Positions 1-12,600 of a stretch of 64,000 bases of DNA are shown here, piece by piece. The notes beneath the pieces are model-generated. The model saw only the letters and a program-made list of their open reading frames with translations, had not been told where the DNA came from and did not search any database. Location of the stretch: NCBI GenBank assembly GCA_964234715.1, contig OZ174277.1; one strand, given 5' to 3'. Made by a program: the position numbers and the translations under genes. Origin of the DNA: Podarcis melisellensis. Lineage: Eukaryota. The first letter of the stretch is position 1; each line of letters opens with the position of its first letter.

Positions 1-3000
1 TTTACAAAACGGCAGAATATGTATGTTTCATCATCAAACTACTTCGCTGAAATATGCCTTTATTACAAACAGGAAATTTGCTGCAGAATGGAAGATTTTC
101 ACTTTGATTAGAAGCACATAATTAATGACAACACACTCCTTTTTTGATGCACTAAGGTGTCTTAGGTAACTGCAGAAATTGGGCAACCATACGCTTCCCA
201 CAAAGTTCACAAAACCTCCTGGTGCACACAGGCCTTAAAGGTAGCTCATTGGAGACCATTGTTCACAGTGCAGAGTCGAAATACCCATCCCTCCATGCAC
301 ATGGGAGAAATTGACCGGGGACCCTAAAATCTGCTGAAGATTTTACTTCTTTTTGATCTTGAAAGCCTTTGGGGTGCCAGCAGCCCTCATTTTAGCCTCG
401 TGAATTTGTTTATTAGACAAACTACTTCTTTCCAAACTTTGTCTGTTCTATGGTGCCCTGTATTTGAATGAATATTGTTGTTTCACTCTCAGGCAAGAAG
501 GAAGCAGGCTATCAGCAGTTACTGCAACTGCTTTTGAAATGCTTTAATATGCAACCAAACTGAATGTTTGGCTACCATGCAGCAAACCAGCAGGCAGTCC
601 AGCTCCAACTCCCATTAATTCTACTGGCATGACCAGTGGTCAGGAATTATGGCAGTTGTAGTCTAGGAGAGCAACAGGTTCCCCATCTTTGCTATATAGT
701 GCTTCCAGTTTGGTTCCTTAGTGAACTTGCAAAAAAAAGGGGGGGGGCTGGAATCATGCTAACTCAGAGTTTTGTAAACTGTTCTGATTTGTTTATTCTG
801 CCATCTGTGCTGACCCACTGGCTTCCTTGGTCTGGTGTGCAGAGTACACAGGAATCATGTGGTCTTTGGAGTACCAGGTGGCGTAAAGGTAGCATGATTG
901 GAATGGTACCTCCAGGACCTGCCAGAAGGAGGATGCTGTGCTGATAAGCCCAAAAAAATTGAAATCCCAGTGTTTAATGTTCAAAGGAGGACATGGATTC
1001 TGGGAACATAAAGACCAAGCACAAGAACCCGCCATGCAGTTCTTCTATTGAAACTTAACCCTTTTGCCACATATTCACATACAGTACAGTTGTATTATTT
1101 TTAGCACCATTAATTATAGTTATTAATTATTTAATTATTATTTATTATTAATTTAATCTATGAATCACTTCCCATGAGTGTAACATAGATAAAACAGTTA
1201 CAGATACAAAAACAGTGAAAACAATTGCACATATAAAAACAATTATAAACAAAAAAATCAGTTTAAAATAACAAAAGCACATACATGCCTAATATAAATT
1301 CAAATCCAAAGCAGATTGGTTATACACATATAGGCTCTGTTCAGACCACTAAATTGCGGGTGGAGATCATGTGGACCTCCAGAAGTTGCTCAACTCCAAC
1401 TCCCATTATCCCTGACCCTTGGCTATGTTGGCAAGGATGGATTGGAGTTTTAGTTCAGCAACACCTGAAGTTTCCCAGGTTCCGCATTCCTGCTCTAAAG
1501 AAATTCATGTAGGGTAGAGGTGGAGTTTGTTGCTGTGATCCCACTGCCACCTTCCCCGTAGGCACCCTGTGCAGCTTGAATGTCTGGGGAAAAGGTTTAT
1601 GGTGCAAAATGAGCTGGTACTTGAATACGTATGGATTACTTGCAGACGGCCAAACATAGAATATGTACTTGTTGTTTTCACACTATAGTCACAAGCAAAG
1701 AACTTGTACTTTCTGACGCACAACTCAGAGAGGCATTTGTGGAGGAGCTGTGTGTGTTTCTGCTAGCACCAAGCAGTGCAAATAGAACTGTACAAATAGC
1801 TTGTGCATCATGTTGCAGACATGGCAGCAGCCCACAAGATAGTAATTCATATGCTTGTTTCATTTGAGATGCTTGCACATTTTTTTATCATCTTCTAAGG
1901 CAAATTGCTGCATTTCTAAAGACTCCTCTGCAATTTACAGGATTGAGCTTCAAAAAAAACCCCCAAACATATATCTAATATGACATTCAGGTCATTAAGA
2001 GTAAGTGTCAATTTTTAAATGATGGTGTTTTCTGGTATGTTCAAGGTTTTTAAAGCATTTTATTTATTTTTAAATAAGTTGTTCATTGTGAAGCCTGAGA
2101 ATTCAAAAATAAAACAAATGAAACTGGTAAACTGAAAACACATTGCGTGGCATTGACTAGTTTGGAAGGAATTAAGCACACAGAGAGAAATTGCTTTTTC
2201 TGGTTTAACTTTGTATAATATAAGATGTAAATAGTGCCATTAATGGCTGCAGATGGACTTCCTTGGTGTTGAGAGTGCCTATTAAGTATAAATACAAAAT
2301 GAATTTCTTCAGCAATGCACATTTGGACCTTCCATATCCATTGTGGGACTTTGATTTTACTTTAAAAAAAGAAAATAATGATATTGCATTTCAAAAGTGC
2401 TAAAAAGACACTTTCTTCTATTTCTGTTTTCTACTGCCGAGTCGATGCATTTCTATTTTTGTGACAACATCAATGGTTATAAAATTAACTTTAGAAAAAA
2501 CTGTCCCTTTCTGTGCACATTTCTGAAAGAGTTAAGAATTGAAGCAGGTCAAGCAGAATTGTTCATCAGGTTTTCACCAAGTATTTAAACAGCCATCACA
2601 AACGTAGTTGTATGCTTAAAAAATGAGAATTATTATTCACACCAACTATGCACAGTTTTTGTCCAATTAATCATAATCACACAGGGAAGAAATGCATTAT
2701 ATATTCTAAAATAATCTGGAACCGCTATGTTGAAAAGGCAAGTCGGTTTTAAGAGGCTAGTTTAGTTACTAAGCAGACCTGTATAAAAATAAAGAGTTGC
2801 TTCTTTCATTTGACTCCTCATATGACTCTGAAGAGCAGAGGCTGAGCTTTTTACTGCAAGGTGGGAGGAAGACGCCTTCTGTCTTGAGAAGGCTAATATA
2901 TCAGGCTGTCTCTACAAACCGATGTTAAAACAGAGACTGTAGGCTTATTAGCATCCTATTAATATGTGCATAAAATGTAGTATGTGTCTCAGCCCAAATA

Positions 3001-3979
3001 CACAGATTGGGAAATCAAAGAGAAATCCTTCACACCTTTTGCTGACTTCATCCTGAACTTTTATTTATCTTAAAACAACTTCCTTAAGAGAATTTCCTCT
3101 TCTAAAGGAAACACTTATCCATATTTAACAGGCAAATTCTGAATTGAACTATCTTTATAGTTGTGTGATCACCAAGAGACCAGAAACTCCTTTAATTGTT
3201 ATTTTTAATGTTGACATGAATGGAATAGTCATTTTGAGTGACAGTTTGGACTTTGCTTTCATCTGAAAGGAGAATAATAATTTTAATTACAACTTCAGTA
3301 ATTGCCCTTAAAAAAAGTTCGTCTTTCTTCAGAAAACATCAGAAATAAAGTATATACCATTTTTGAACAAGACTTTAATAAATAAAACTTCAATAAATTA
3401 AGGCAGTGAGAGAAAAAGTCCTGCTGGAGGCAGGGATTAGCCAACAGAAAAGAACCGTTCTAATTTAATTTGAATCTGTTTATGACACAATGGGTTGTAT
3501 CAAACAAATTTCTGCTCAATGTAGACAAACTGAATAGATCTATGTTGGACATGTCCATAAGCCCTAATCTCAGTATGACTAACTTTGGATACAACCCATT
3601 AGTATGTTGTGTCAAGCTTTGCAAATTTCCTTTTGTTTTGAAATTGCCTAGTATTACTATTTATAGTAAACGGTGACAACCAGAACACTTACTTCATACA
3701 ACTGCATTTTGTACAGATTTCACTCAGTGCATTTTTTTTATATAGACAAGTTCATGTTAAGAGTGTTAAAGTAAACTTTGCAATAACACTGACCCCTGCA
3801 GTGGGGGAACAAAAAGCACCATATTTCTACAAACATGTATTGTGTTTTTTGTGTGTGGAACTTGAGACGAGGCTAACGCTTCAAAACAGTATCCATCTCT
3901 GTGTTGAATTTTCCCTTCTCCCATGGGCGGGGGCAGGGGGGCAACTGCCCCACCCCAATCAAGTAGATCAGTAAAAATA

Positions 3980-4200
3980 CAGTCGTACCTTGGATCCCCA
4001 ATGCCTTGCGACTCAAATATTTTGACTCCTGAATGCCGCAAACCCTGAAATGTTCCGGTTTGCAAACCTTCTTTGGAAGCCAAATGTCAGACGCGGCTTC
4101 GATTGAGTGCAGGAAGCTCCAGCAGCCTTGGTTTTTGAATGTTTTCAAAAGTCGAATGGTCTTCCGGAATGGATTCTGTTCGAGAACCAAGGTATGGCTG
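3980..4200. mobile_element. Tc1/mariner (Tigger/pogo-like) MITE
   Basis: Terminal inverted repeats (TIRs) CAGTCGTACCTTGG / CCAAGGTATGGCTG, flanked by TA. Confidence 0.8.
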
Positions 4201-4202
4201 TA

Positions 4203-4428
4203 CAGTGGTACCTCGGGTTTCATACGCTTCAGGTTACAGACTCCGCTAACCCAGAAATAGCGCTTCAGGTTAAGAACTTTGCTTCAGGATGAGAACAGAA
4301 ATCGTGCTCCGACGGCGCAACGGCAGCAGGATGCCCCATTAGCTAAAGTGGTGCTTCAGGTTAAGAACAGTTTCAGGTTAAGAACGGACCTCCAGAACGA
4401 ATTAAGTACTTAACCTGAGGTACCACTG
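4203..4428. mobile_element. Second Tc1/mariner (Tigger/pogo-like) MITE, abutting the first
   Basis: TIRs CAGTGGTACCTCGGGTT / AACCTGAGGTACCACTG, TA on both sides; internal TTCAGGTTAAGAAC repeats. Confidence 0.85.
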
Positions 4429-5859
4429 TACTTAACTAACTGAGGTTCTGCCTCCCTAATTTGAAGGCTGCCCCCCCATAAATCCTAGCTACACCCATGC
4501 CTTGCAAACATCTGCGCACCTTTACACATGCTGAGACAGCTTCTTCCTATGCTTTTCCCAACCCCACTAAAGGCAGCCAATGAGATGTGCATGAGGGAGA
4601 ATAAACACCGGATGATAAAATAGTATGGGAGAGTTAGCCAGGAAATTGGGAATCTGTGAACGGAAATACAATTCAGGAGTGGTATACTGCCCTATACCTG
4701 TAGATCTCAGGGTGGTTCATGAGGGGTACAGTCCATTGCTCTGGCAGAGAAAGTAACTCAACAGATCATTAGGGGTTCCAGAAACCTCAACTGTATGTAG
4801 ATGACTTTTACAGTGCTCTCACATTTTCCAATCTGACAGAGCTCTCTAAAAATCTGTACTTGAGAAAATATTTGGGAAATGCAATACAGGTCCCACACAA
4901 CACATTTGGGACTTCAATGCAGATTGTGGTTGAATGGGCAGCTTTGGTGGGTTGTGTAGTTTTAGTTTGTTACATCGTTAGTGCCGGATGAAACGAGACA
5001 GTGCACTTTCAGGGTAGGGGAAATGTACTAATAGCTCCATTGCAGGTAGCGAGGAAGCAGCAGAGCTCAGCATCAAGATCAACTTGGGAGACTGGGAAAA
5101 GTGCTTTTATTGCACCATTGTTCCACCCAGTGCTCTAAATTGCTGCTTTAGCAAGAGAGATGTCAGGTACCTATGAAGGCACCGGTGAGCTAGGTAGGCC
5201 TCTCCCCTGTGGACTGATTACACTTGCTGCTTCCACATAAGATGGAGCAGCATTTCCAAAGGAAGGGAATTCTTACAGCCATCCATAAAAACTGCCCTTG
5301 TGAGACAGAGGGCCTTGTAGTGGTGGCATCTCCCCCTGAGTGAGATTTGGATGGCTTCCTTGAAACTCAGACAGAAACGTATTTATTTCAGTAGAGTATT
5401 ACGGTGTAATTCTGCTGGGGGGGTTGAAAATAACTTTTGTTGGCTAGTTTGTATTGTTTTAACAACATGATTGTTGTGTATTGTATTTTTCACTGGTGTA
5501 AACTGCTCTATAATAGGGATGGGGAACTTGCGGCCCACGAGATTTTTCTGGACTGCAACTCCCATCATCCCTGACCATTGGTCATGCTGGCTGGTACTGG
5601 TGGAGTCCCAGAACATTTGGAAGTCCACAGGTTCTTCACCTCTGCTATATAAGCAGAAGAGTGCCATATAAACATATTTTTTATTATTAGTAATAGACAA
5701 ACAGTGATACAGCTCTTCCCTGACACTTGATATTTCATGCAGAATTACAGGTTTGTGGTTCAAGTGCTCCACCACCTGCCTGCTTAGGCCCAAATGTACT
5801 TCTGCTGTTTTATATTTTAAAATATTAATGTAAATTTTCAGTTGTCCACACCCCCAACC

Positions 5860-7320
5860 TAATTCAGTATTTCTTTCTTTTACATTTTTAGCTCATTTTA
5901 CAATGTATATAAAACTGATAGAACAATTATAACAACAAGCAAAAAAGACGTAAAACAAAACTATAGTATAGGCACATAGAATGAGTAGTTGCATATGAGT
6001 TAAAATAACAAAGTCTAGGTAAAGACAATCAGTCTTATCAGCTCATGTATCATTCCAGATTTGCCAAGCTGGTGACAAGGGTTGTCTTGAAAATGCGTGG
6101 TATTTTCGTGGCATGTCATGAAGGAATGACAAATCATATAAAGTGTCTGGAGGTTCCAGTCCTTGTCAAAGTCTCAAATTATGTGTGATTTTCTCCATTA
6201 TAGCTACAGTATATTCCAGAGTAAGTGATAGCCAGGTGCCCAATATAAGATTTTGGGCTATTTTCCACTGAGTTACAATTACTATTTGTGCTGCCGAGAT
6301 CATTTAGAAGAAGAAGAAGAAGAAGAAGAAGAAGAAGAAGAAGAAGAAGAAGAAGAAGAAGAAGAAAAGTTTGGATTTGATATCCCGCCTTTCACTCCCC
6401 TTCAGGAGTCTCAAAGCGGCTAACATTCTCCTTTCCCTTCCTCCCCCACAACAAACACTCTGTGAGGTGAGTGGGGCTGAGAGACTTCAGAGAAGTGTGA
6501 CTGGCCCAAGGTCACCCAGCAGCTGCATGTGGAGGAGCAGAGATGCGAACCCAGTTCACCAGATTACGCTCTTAATCACTACACCACACTGGCCAATTCT
6601 TTTGACCAAATATTTACATTGATATAATCAAAAATATTCAATAACATTAATGTTATACAACGAACAATATTTTCTTTAGCAATATTTATCATTTCTGTAA
6701 AAATTAAATTCCAAAAATCTTACACCAGCTGACATTCCTACCATAAATGATACATATTATAATATGTACCAAGCTTACTGCAGCCACTCCGACAATTAGG
6801 TGATATAGAAGAAAACATGTTTGACATTTGCAAAGGAGTGTGATACCATCTGTGTAATAATTTTAATGAGTTTTCCCTAAGAAAACTGTCAACCGATTTA
6901 AAGGGCTGTGCTTCACAAATTTTATTCCAGTCCTTGGGAAGAATTTGTGTTCCAGTATCTAGTTCCCGTGTCTTTTAAAGGGGTTCCATAGATCCATAAG
7001 TTACATTAAGCAATGTAGAGTACAATTTAGAAACTATTCCCCCCCCTTTTATCCATTGTGCTTAATAAATTTCCAGATTTGTTAAGGGTCTCAGAGCTTG
7101 TGCCTTTACATTTTATTTTATAATAAAACTAAGAATTTGATTAAAATAAATCCAGTGTGTGTTAAGATTTGACAAAATTTATTTTATTTACTTAATAGAT
7201 ATAGGTTGATTATTGCTATAGAACTATCATAATGTGTATTAACCTTTGGATTCCCAGTGTTCAAACTGCTTATCTCTCCCTGGCTGGACTGTTGTTTCTT
7301 TTTGAATGCTGTATATCATA
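5860..7320 (-). mobile_element. Degenerate L1 LINE (ORF2 3' part); boundaries approximate
   Basis: Minus strand reads ENSLKLLHRWYHTP...CRSGCSKLGTY...HLW*EC (cysteine knuckle), then MISAAQIVIVTQWK...MEKIT, with stops. Confidence 0.75.
6306..6593 (-). mobile_element. Squam3-like tRNA-derived SINE with (TTC)n tail, inserted in the L1
   Basis: Minus strand begins GCCAGTGTGGTGTAGTGATTAAGAGC (A box), then GGGTTCGCATC (B box) and GGGTGACCTTGGGCCAGTCAC. The tail appears as about 20 AGA/GAA units at 6306-66. Confidence 0.8.
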
Positions 7321-9540
7321 GAGACACATATATAGTCGCCTACAGGAAAGTGTGGACCTTGCAGAACTTTTCAAATAAAACAGAAGGGCTAGCATACGGG
7401 CAGCAAAGTTAACAGCATCCTAAAGGCAACAATCAATTTACTATGCTTACTTTGAAATGATACCACTCTATTGTAACAAGAAAGGTAGCACAGCATTGCA
7501 ACAGATGCGGGAGGTTGCAAAATGGATGAATTGTAATTCTTTGGGGATAAACACAGCCGCTCTACTGATTAGGCATGTTAGCTGTATGTTCTGAGGCTCA
7601 ATGAGCCAACCAAGGGGGCTAAAAAACACTCTGCAAAACTGCATATTCTACCTCTCAATACTTTTTCCAAATCTTTATTTTGTTGTTCCTCCTTGCTGGA
7701 AGAGTTCGGCAATAAAACAGAACTAGGCTATGATGAAATGACAAGGAAATACAGGCAAATGCTCTTCTCCCTACCATTTGAATTTCAGTAACTTTATTGG
7801 TACTATAAAGTTTTAAAGTGCGGAGAAAGTTAGAACAATCAAGTGGTAGTAAAAGGCTGTGCGCCCCCCCCCCTTGCCACCCCATAAAGGCTTGCTTTAG
7901 CTTTCATAATCCATTTACAGGTCCAGTGCGTGAATCAGTTTCTTTGCTTTTTCACAGGGGCCTGCTTCAAAAGGAACTGCTCTTAAGTTTCTATTTTTCT
8001 CCAGTGTTACCAAATTAATGCCTAAATTTTGATTCACTCACATTTAAGTGCCGGTTCAGTTTTTCCCCATTTATAAATAATTAGCACAACAGCAAAAGTC
8101 CTGTACAAAAATGATGTTATAATGAGAAGAGTTAAAACAATTTAACAATCAACCGTTATCAGCCTACCTTTGATCAGTAGATGACGAGCTTGTTAAAATA
8201 GTACCTTCCAAAATAGCCTATAGTTGCTAGGAGACAAAACAAGGGATCAGGAACTCTCCAGTTTGATTCTTCGCTCTGCCATGTACCCACTAGATTGCAT
8301 TAAGAAGGCCAGACTTTCTCAGTCACCGCCACTTGTCTGCAATATGATCTCAGCCCCTCTTTAAACTTCCATGATTGTCGTCAATGTTAAAACAAGATAC
8401 GTGTGTGTGAAATGCTACATAAATACTAAGTAGGTGAGATTATTGGTTTGTTTTTATTATATGTTTGTTTGTTTTTTATCTTGCCTTTTTATGTTGTGAA
8501 CCACTCTGAGCGGTCGGTATACACATTTAATAAACAAATTAACTCTGCATGGTAGTCTGGTATTATCCTTATTTTCGCAGTTGTGGATGGGGACGGGGCT
8601 GAGAATATAGGGATTTTCTCAGGTTAATCCATGACTTTGTGGAGTGGGGCTGTAACTCACTGGGAGCTTTCATGCAAATGGTTCTAGGCTCAGTGGCTGA
8701 AATTGCTCATTAAAAGGATCAGGGAAGAAGTGATGGGAAAGGTGTTGTAGATGCTTTGCTTTCAGAACAGATAACACTGGGCTCGATGGGCCAATGGTCC
8801 AACTCAGTGGCCTGGTTCAAATGTAACAGAAAATGGTCGTTTCCTCCTTCTTGACTGAGTCATGGCAAGTTTCAGTCTCACTTCCTTTTTTGTGCACCGA
8901 AAACATTTCCAAGTGAACATGTTTAGGACTGAGCTGTATGCTATTTATGCCTTCTGCTGAATTTTGATCCAAAAATAATTTTTCTTCCATTCTGCTAAGG
9001 TGTTGCCTTTTCGAAAGTCCTTTCAATAAAGAAGAGACTTGAAGGGTTGGTTGTTGTTTTTTAAAGCAAACATTTTCTTAACAAATATTGCTTTAAATCT
9101 ACATAACTGTTGTACACGGAAGAAAATGGAGAAGACAAAGGAAGTTCTTGCCTCTACTTAATTTCTTCTTGCCTCCAAAGTATTTTCCTTTGGGCAGACA
9201 GTCATTGTGCCTTCTAATGACACAAACTTGAAGGGAAGTAGAAAAAAAGACTACAAACAGGTTTTATAAGCCTATCAATGGGAATATGTGGCTACAAATT
9301 GCTGAGTAAATGGAACAGCCTGCTTCCTAAGCCTGAGTCTGTGAGTCTTATGTCAAAGCATTTGGGGTGGGGCAAAAACACCAGGGGGTGTTAGGGATAC
9401 CTGCTGAGCCCTAATTGGTGCCCACTGTTGTTAATGGCTTCCTGTGGCTGGATGTTTACTTGTCATTTGTTTTGAGCTTTGTTTCCCAGCTACTAGGGAA
9501 AAAATACTGACCAATTTTTTTTTATCTTCTTTTGAAAAAG

Positions 9541-9627
9541 TGTATCTCCAGTCCCAGAGTGCCCTTCTGCAGTTTGTCTCACGATACAAAATACCTGGAG
9601 TCCATGCCACACTCAAAAAATTACCTG
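9541..9627 (+). CDS. T2-like gene exon (0-0): [29 protein letters not shown]
   Basis: Branch-point-like TACTGAC 9505-11, then a T tract and AG at 9539-40; donor CTG|GTAAGG. Confidence 0.7.
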
Positions 9628-12600
9628 GTAAGGTACAGGTCTCAGCTTGCTCTTATTATTGTAAGTGGATGGTTTTAGACTATGTTATAAGGACTAGAAA
9701 GTACCCCAAGAAAGATTGCTGTCTTTTTCTTTAGAATACCCAAGTGTTCTCTTTTATGGGATGTTGGTTCTGTATCTGTCACTGCCAGCCACATACGGTA
9801 GAAGCGACTAATGTGAAAGTGAAGTACCCTACAGATCTGGACTTCAAGCAGCCAGAAGCCAGAAACGAGTTTCTGGAAGTCGCCTTGGTTACTTAGTTAG
9901 TTTATTATAATCACACATCCAAAAGCATCCCAAAGCAATTCATGTATCGAGAGGTTTCCAAAAGCAATTTACAATAGTGAAATGTGAAGTGCCTAAACAT
10001 ATTATATAAAACATTACAGCCATAATGTACAAAAAGTGTTCATCCGCAGAAAAAGTAATCTGAAACACAATATATCTGCTTGCTCAACACAAGATGAACA
10101 CCAGTATCACTGAGCATTGAAAGCAATTAAATCCTTTCTGAAATTCATGGGCATTAAAGACTTCTGTGTATCCAGACAGCAAGCACAGTATAGCTTAACA
10201 TTGATTTCAACTTTCCCAGGCCTCTCACCAGAAGTACTTGGAAGGACCACAACTTCCAACTGTTTCCCATTGTTAATATCTGTTCAAGCCTGCCTACTAC
10301 CCCACGATTGTTTGTTAGCACTAGGAAAATTATAAACTTGAAATTTAAAAATTGGCTACATAGCTGTTGGCAGATATCTGCTTTAAGTTGCAGCATCACT
10401 AAGGAGTAAACAGTGGGTAAGACTCTGACTTTTATGCAGATCTTCTTGATGATCTGCTGCCCTTATGGAGATTTGTTTTGTTTTGTTTTGTTTGAACTAC
10501 AAATTGATCTTAAACAGCTACTCACATCTCTTTGTGAAAATGCAATTTATCTTCAGGAACTAGCTCTTAATCTACATATCTTAAAGTACTTTCTCAAATG
10601 CAGATTTTCACTTTTGGATACATAATAGGAATACATGTCATAACCATGGAGAAAAATGACTTTCAGTTCAAAAGTAGTGTATGCATGGATACTATATATA
10701 TTATCACAATTTATCGTTACTGTACGTGCAATTTTCTCTAATGGCCTGTTTCCCTGTATGCTATGCTATGTTCTGTTACTGAGTTGTTTAATTTGCTTGT
10801 GGGTATGTGGCAACTTTAACAGATTCCTTGCCAATTCCAAGAAAGTAGTCCTGTTAGTCTGTAGCAAGAGACCTTTCATTCATTGTTGAAGGCCCTGGCA
10901 TTCAGTTTGAATTAGCCTTATCCTCTATTCCCTTTTCCCTTTTCCTCTTTTATGAAGAAACCCTTTCTGGGACCCCACGTTTAAATTCTTCCCTGGTCTC
11001 CTTGCTGGCCCTAATAGGACCAACTTGGCCAGTTAGCCCTGATGATCATTTGATGTCTACTGACTGGGTTTTGTCCGCCCCCCCAAATGACCCCTGAATT
11101 TTTGAATTTTATTGATATTGATGCTGCATTTTATGTTGTATTTTATGCTGCTTTTGTCACATTTTAATCAATGTTTTATATTTGCTGTCAGCTGCCCTGA
11201 GCCCGGTTTTTAAACCGGGAAGGGTGGGGTATAAATAAAAATTTATTAATTTTTTAAAATTGTTTAACTCATTTGCTTCCAACTCACTCACTGCAGAGAA
11301 TGAAGTAAAAGTAGCTGAAGAGATGTCAAATATATTCACCTTCTGCAGAAAGAAAAAGAAATTTACACTCATGAGAGCCGATGAAGAATTTATAATAACA
11401 AATCCAATTCATTCACTTGTTTTATTCTAGTTATTGTCTGTTTTAAAGGGGAAAACAAGTAAAGCTACTCTGACTGATTATATTCATTTTTAAATTTGTA
11501 AATAAAAGTTTCTTTGAACAAATGCAGTTAAAAAAGGATTACATATTGTAACTTCTTTGACTGGGGTTTGCTTTAAACCAAGACAAACTATAAGCTGTAT
11601 GCCCAAAACCAATATTTTAAATCAAATTGTATTTGCTTTCACTTAGAAGCCACTTCTGTATTTAGCACACAACATAAAATGCAAATCCTGTTAAATTGAC
11701 AGGGATCAGATATATCCTGCTAATGTGATGGCCCTTAATCCCACAGTGGGAGTAGGACGCTCTTGTGTCCCTGCTTTTTAGCTAATAGATATGCCATAAA
11801 CTGCAAAGAAGACTAGAGGGAAACACACAATTCAGCAATATGCTTCTGGTTTCATTACAAGCCTTGCAAAATCCAGTCTAACCAGCAGTTTCTGTCCACC
11901 ATAAATAGCATATCCAAAAGTATCACAGTTCCCATGATTCAGTATCTGATTAATTCGAGATGTGATACTTGATAAAATAAACCATGTTAGATTTGATTTT
12001 GGTGCTATCCATATGCCTCTCTCATTCTTTCTCATTCTCTCCTAAGATTATAGGGTTGCAGAACGAATTAACTAAACTTGGAATCTTAAAGAACCAACAA
12101 GACAATGAAAACTTTTGGAAACTCATCCAGGCAGGCATTCATGGTTCAAAGCTCAAAGAAAAGCTTCCAGATATAAAGGCAAAAAGCTGAGTATCTTTAT
12201 AATGTTTTCATTTTAGAACAGCTAAAAATGTCTCATCCAAATAGGTAACAGTGTAGATTTAATGAACTTGGTGGGAAGCAGATTCATTCAGATCAGAGTA
12301 GTACCCCCAAGTACACACTTGTATTGAACAACTGCTTTCCCTGATGATGACGTTTTCCTTTGGCAGTCCCCCCCTCCATCAATTTTGTTATCCTAGCTAG
12401 GGGTTTTTTTTTTGGGGGGGGGGTGTTATTTTTGAGATTGTACAACCAAAAACAGCAGAGTCTAAAACCCCACCTGAGAGGGAGCTCCAGGGGGGAAATT
12501 GCAGGCAGGAGAAAAGTGGCCTTCTCCTATCTGCCTGCTCTACCCTAGAAACTGCCCCCTCTAGATTCAACTTTGCAGTGAAACCCACTCACATCATAAA

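Noticed and set aside
4215-4390. Spaced TTCAGGTTA repeats resembling a CRISPR-like array
   Set aside because: Irregular sub-terminal repeats inside a eukaryotic mariner MITE.
9444-9734. 96-aa ORF frame (TREKILTNFF...KKLPG) as the exon reading frame
   Set aside because: That frame ends in phase 1 and runs through the branch point and pyrimidine tract. The phase-0 frame from 9541 joins exon 12047 cleanly.
10413-11900. Protein-like snippets ([22 protein letters not shown]; [15 protein letters not shown]; [12 protein letters not shown])
   Set aside because: No consistent acceptor/donor pairs, or early stops. They cannot be distinguished from chance.
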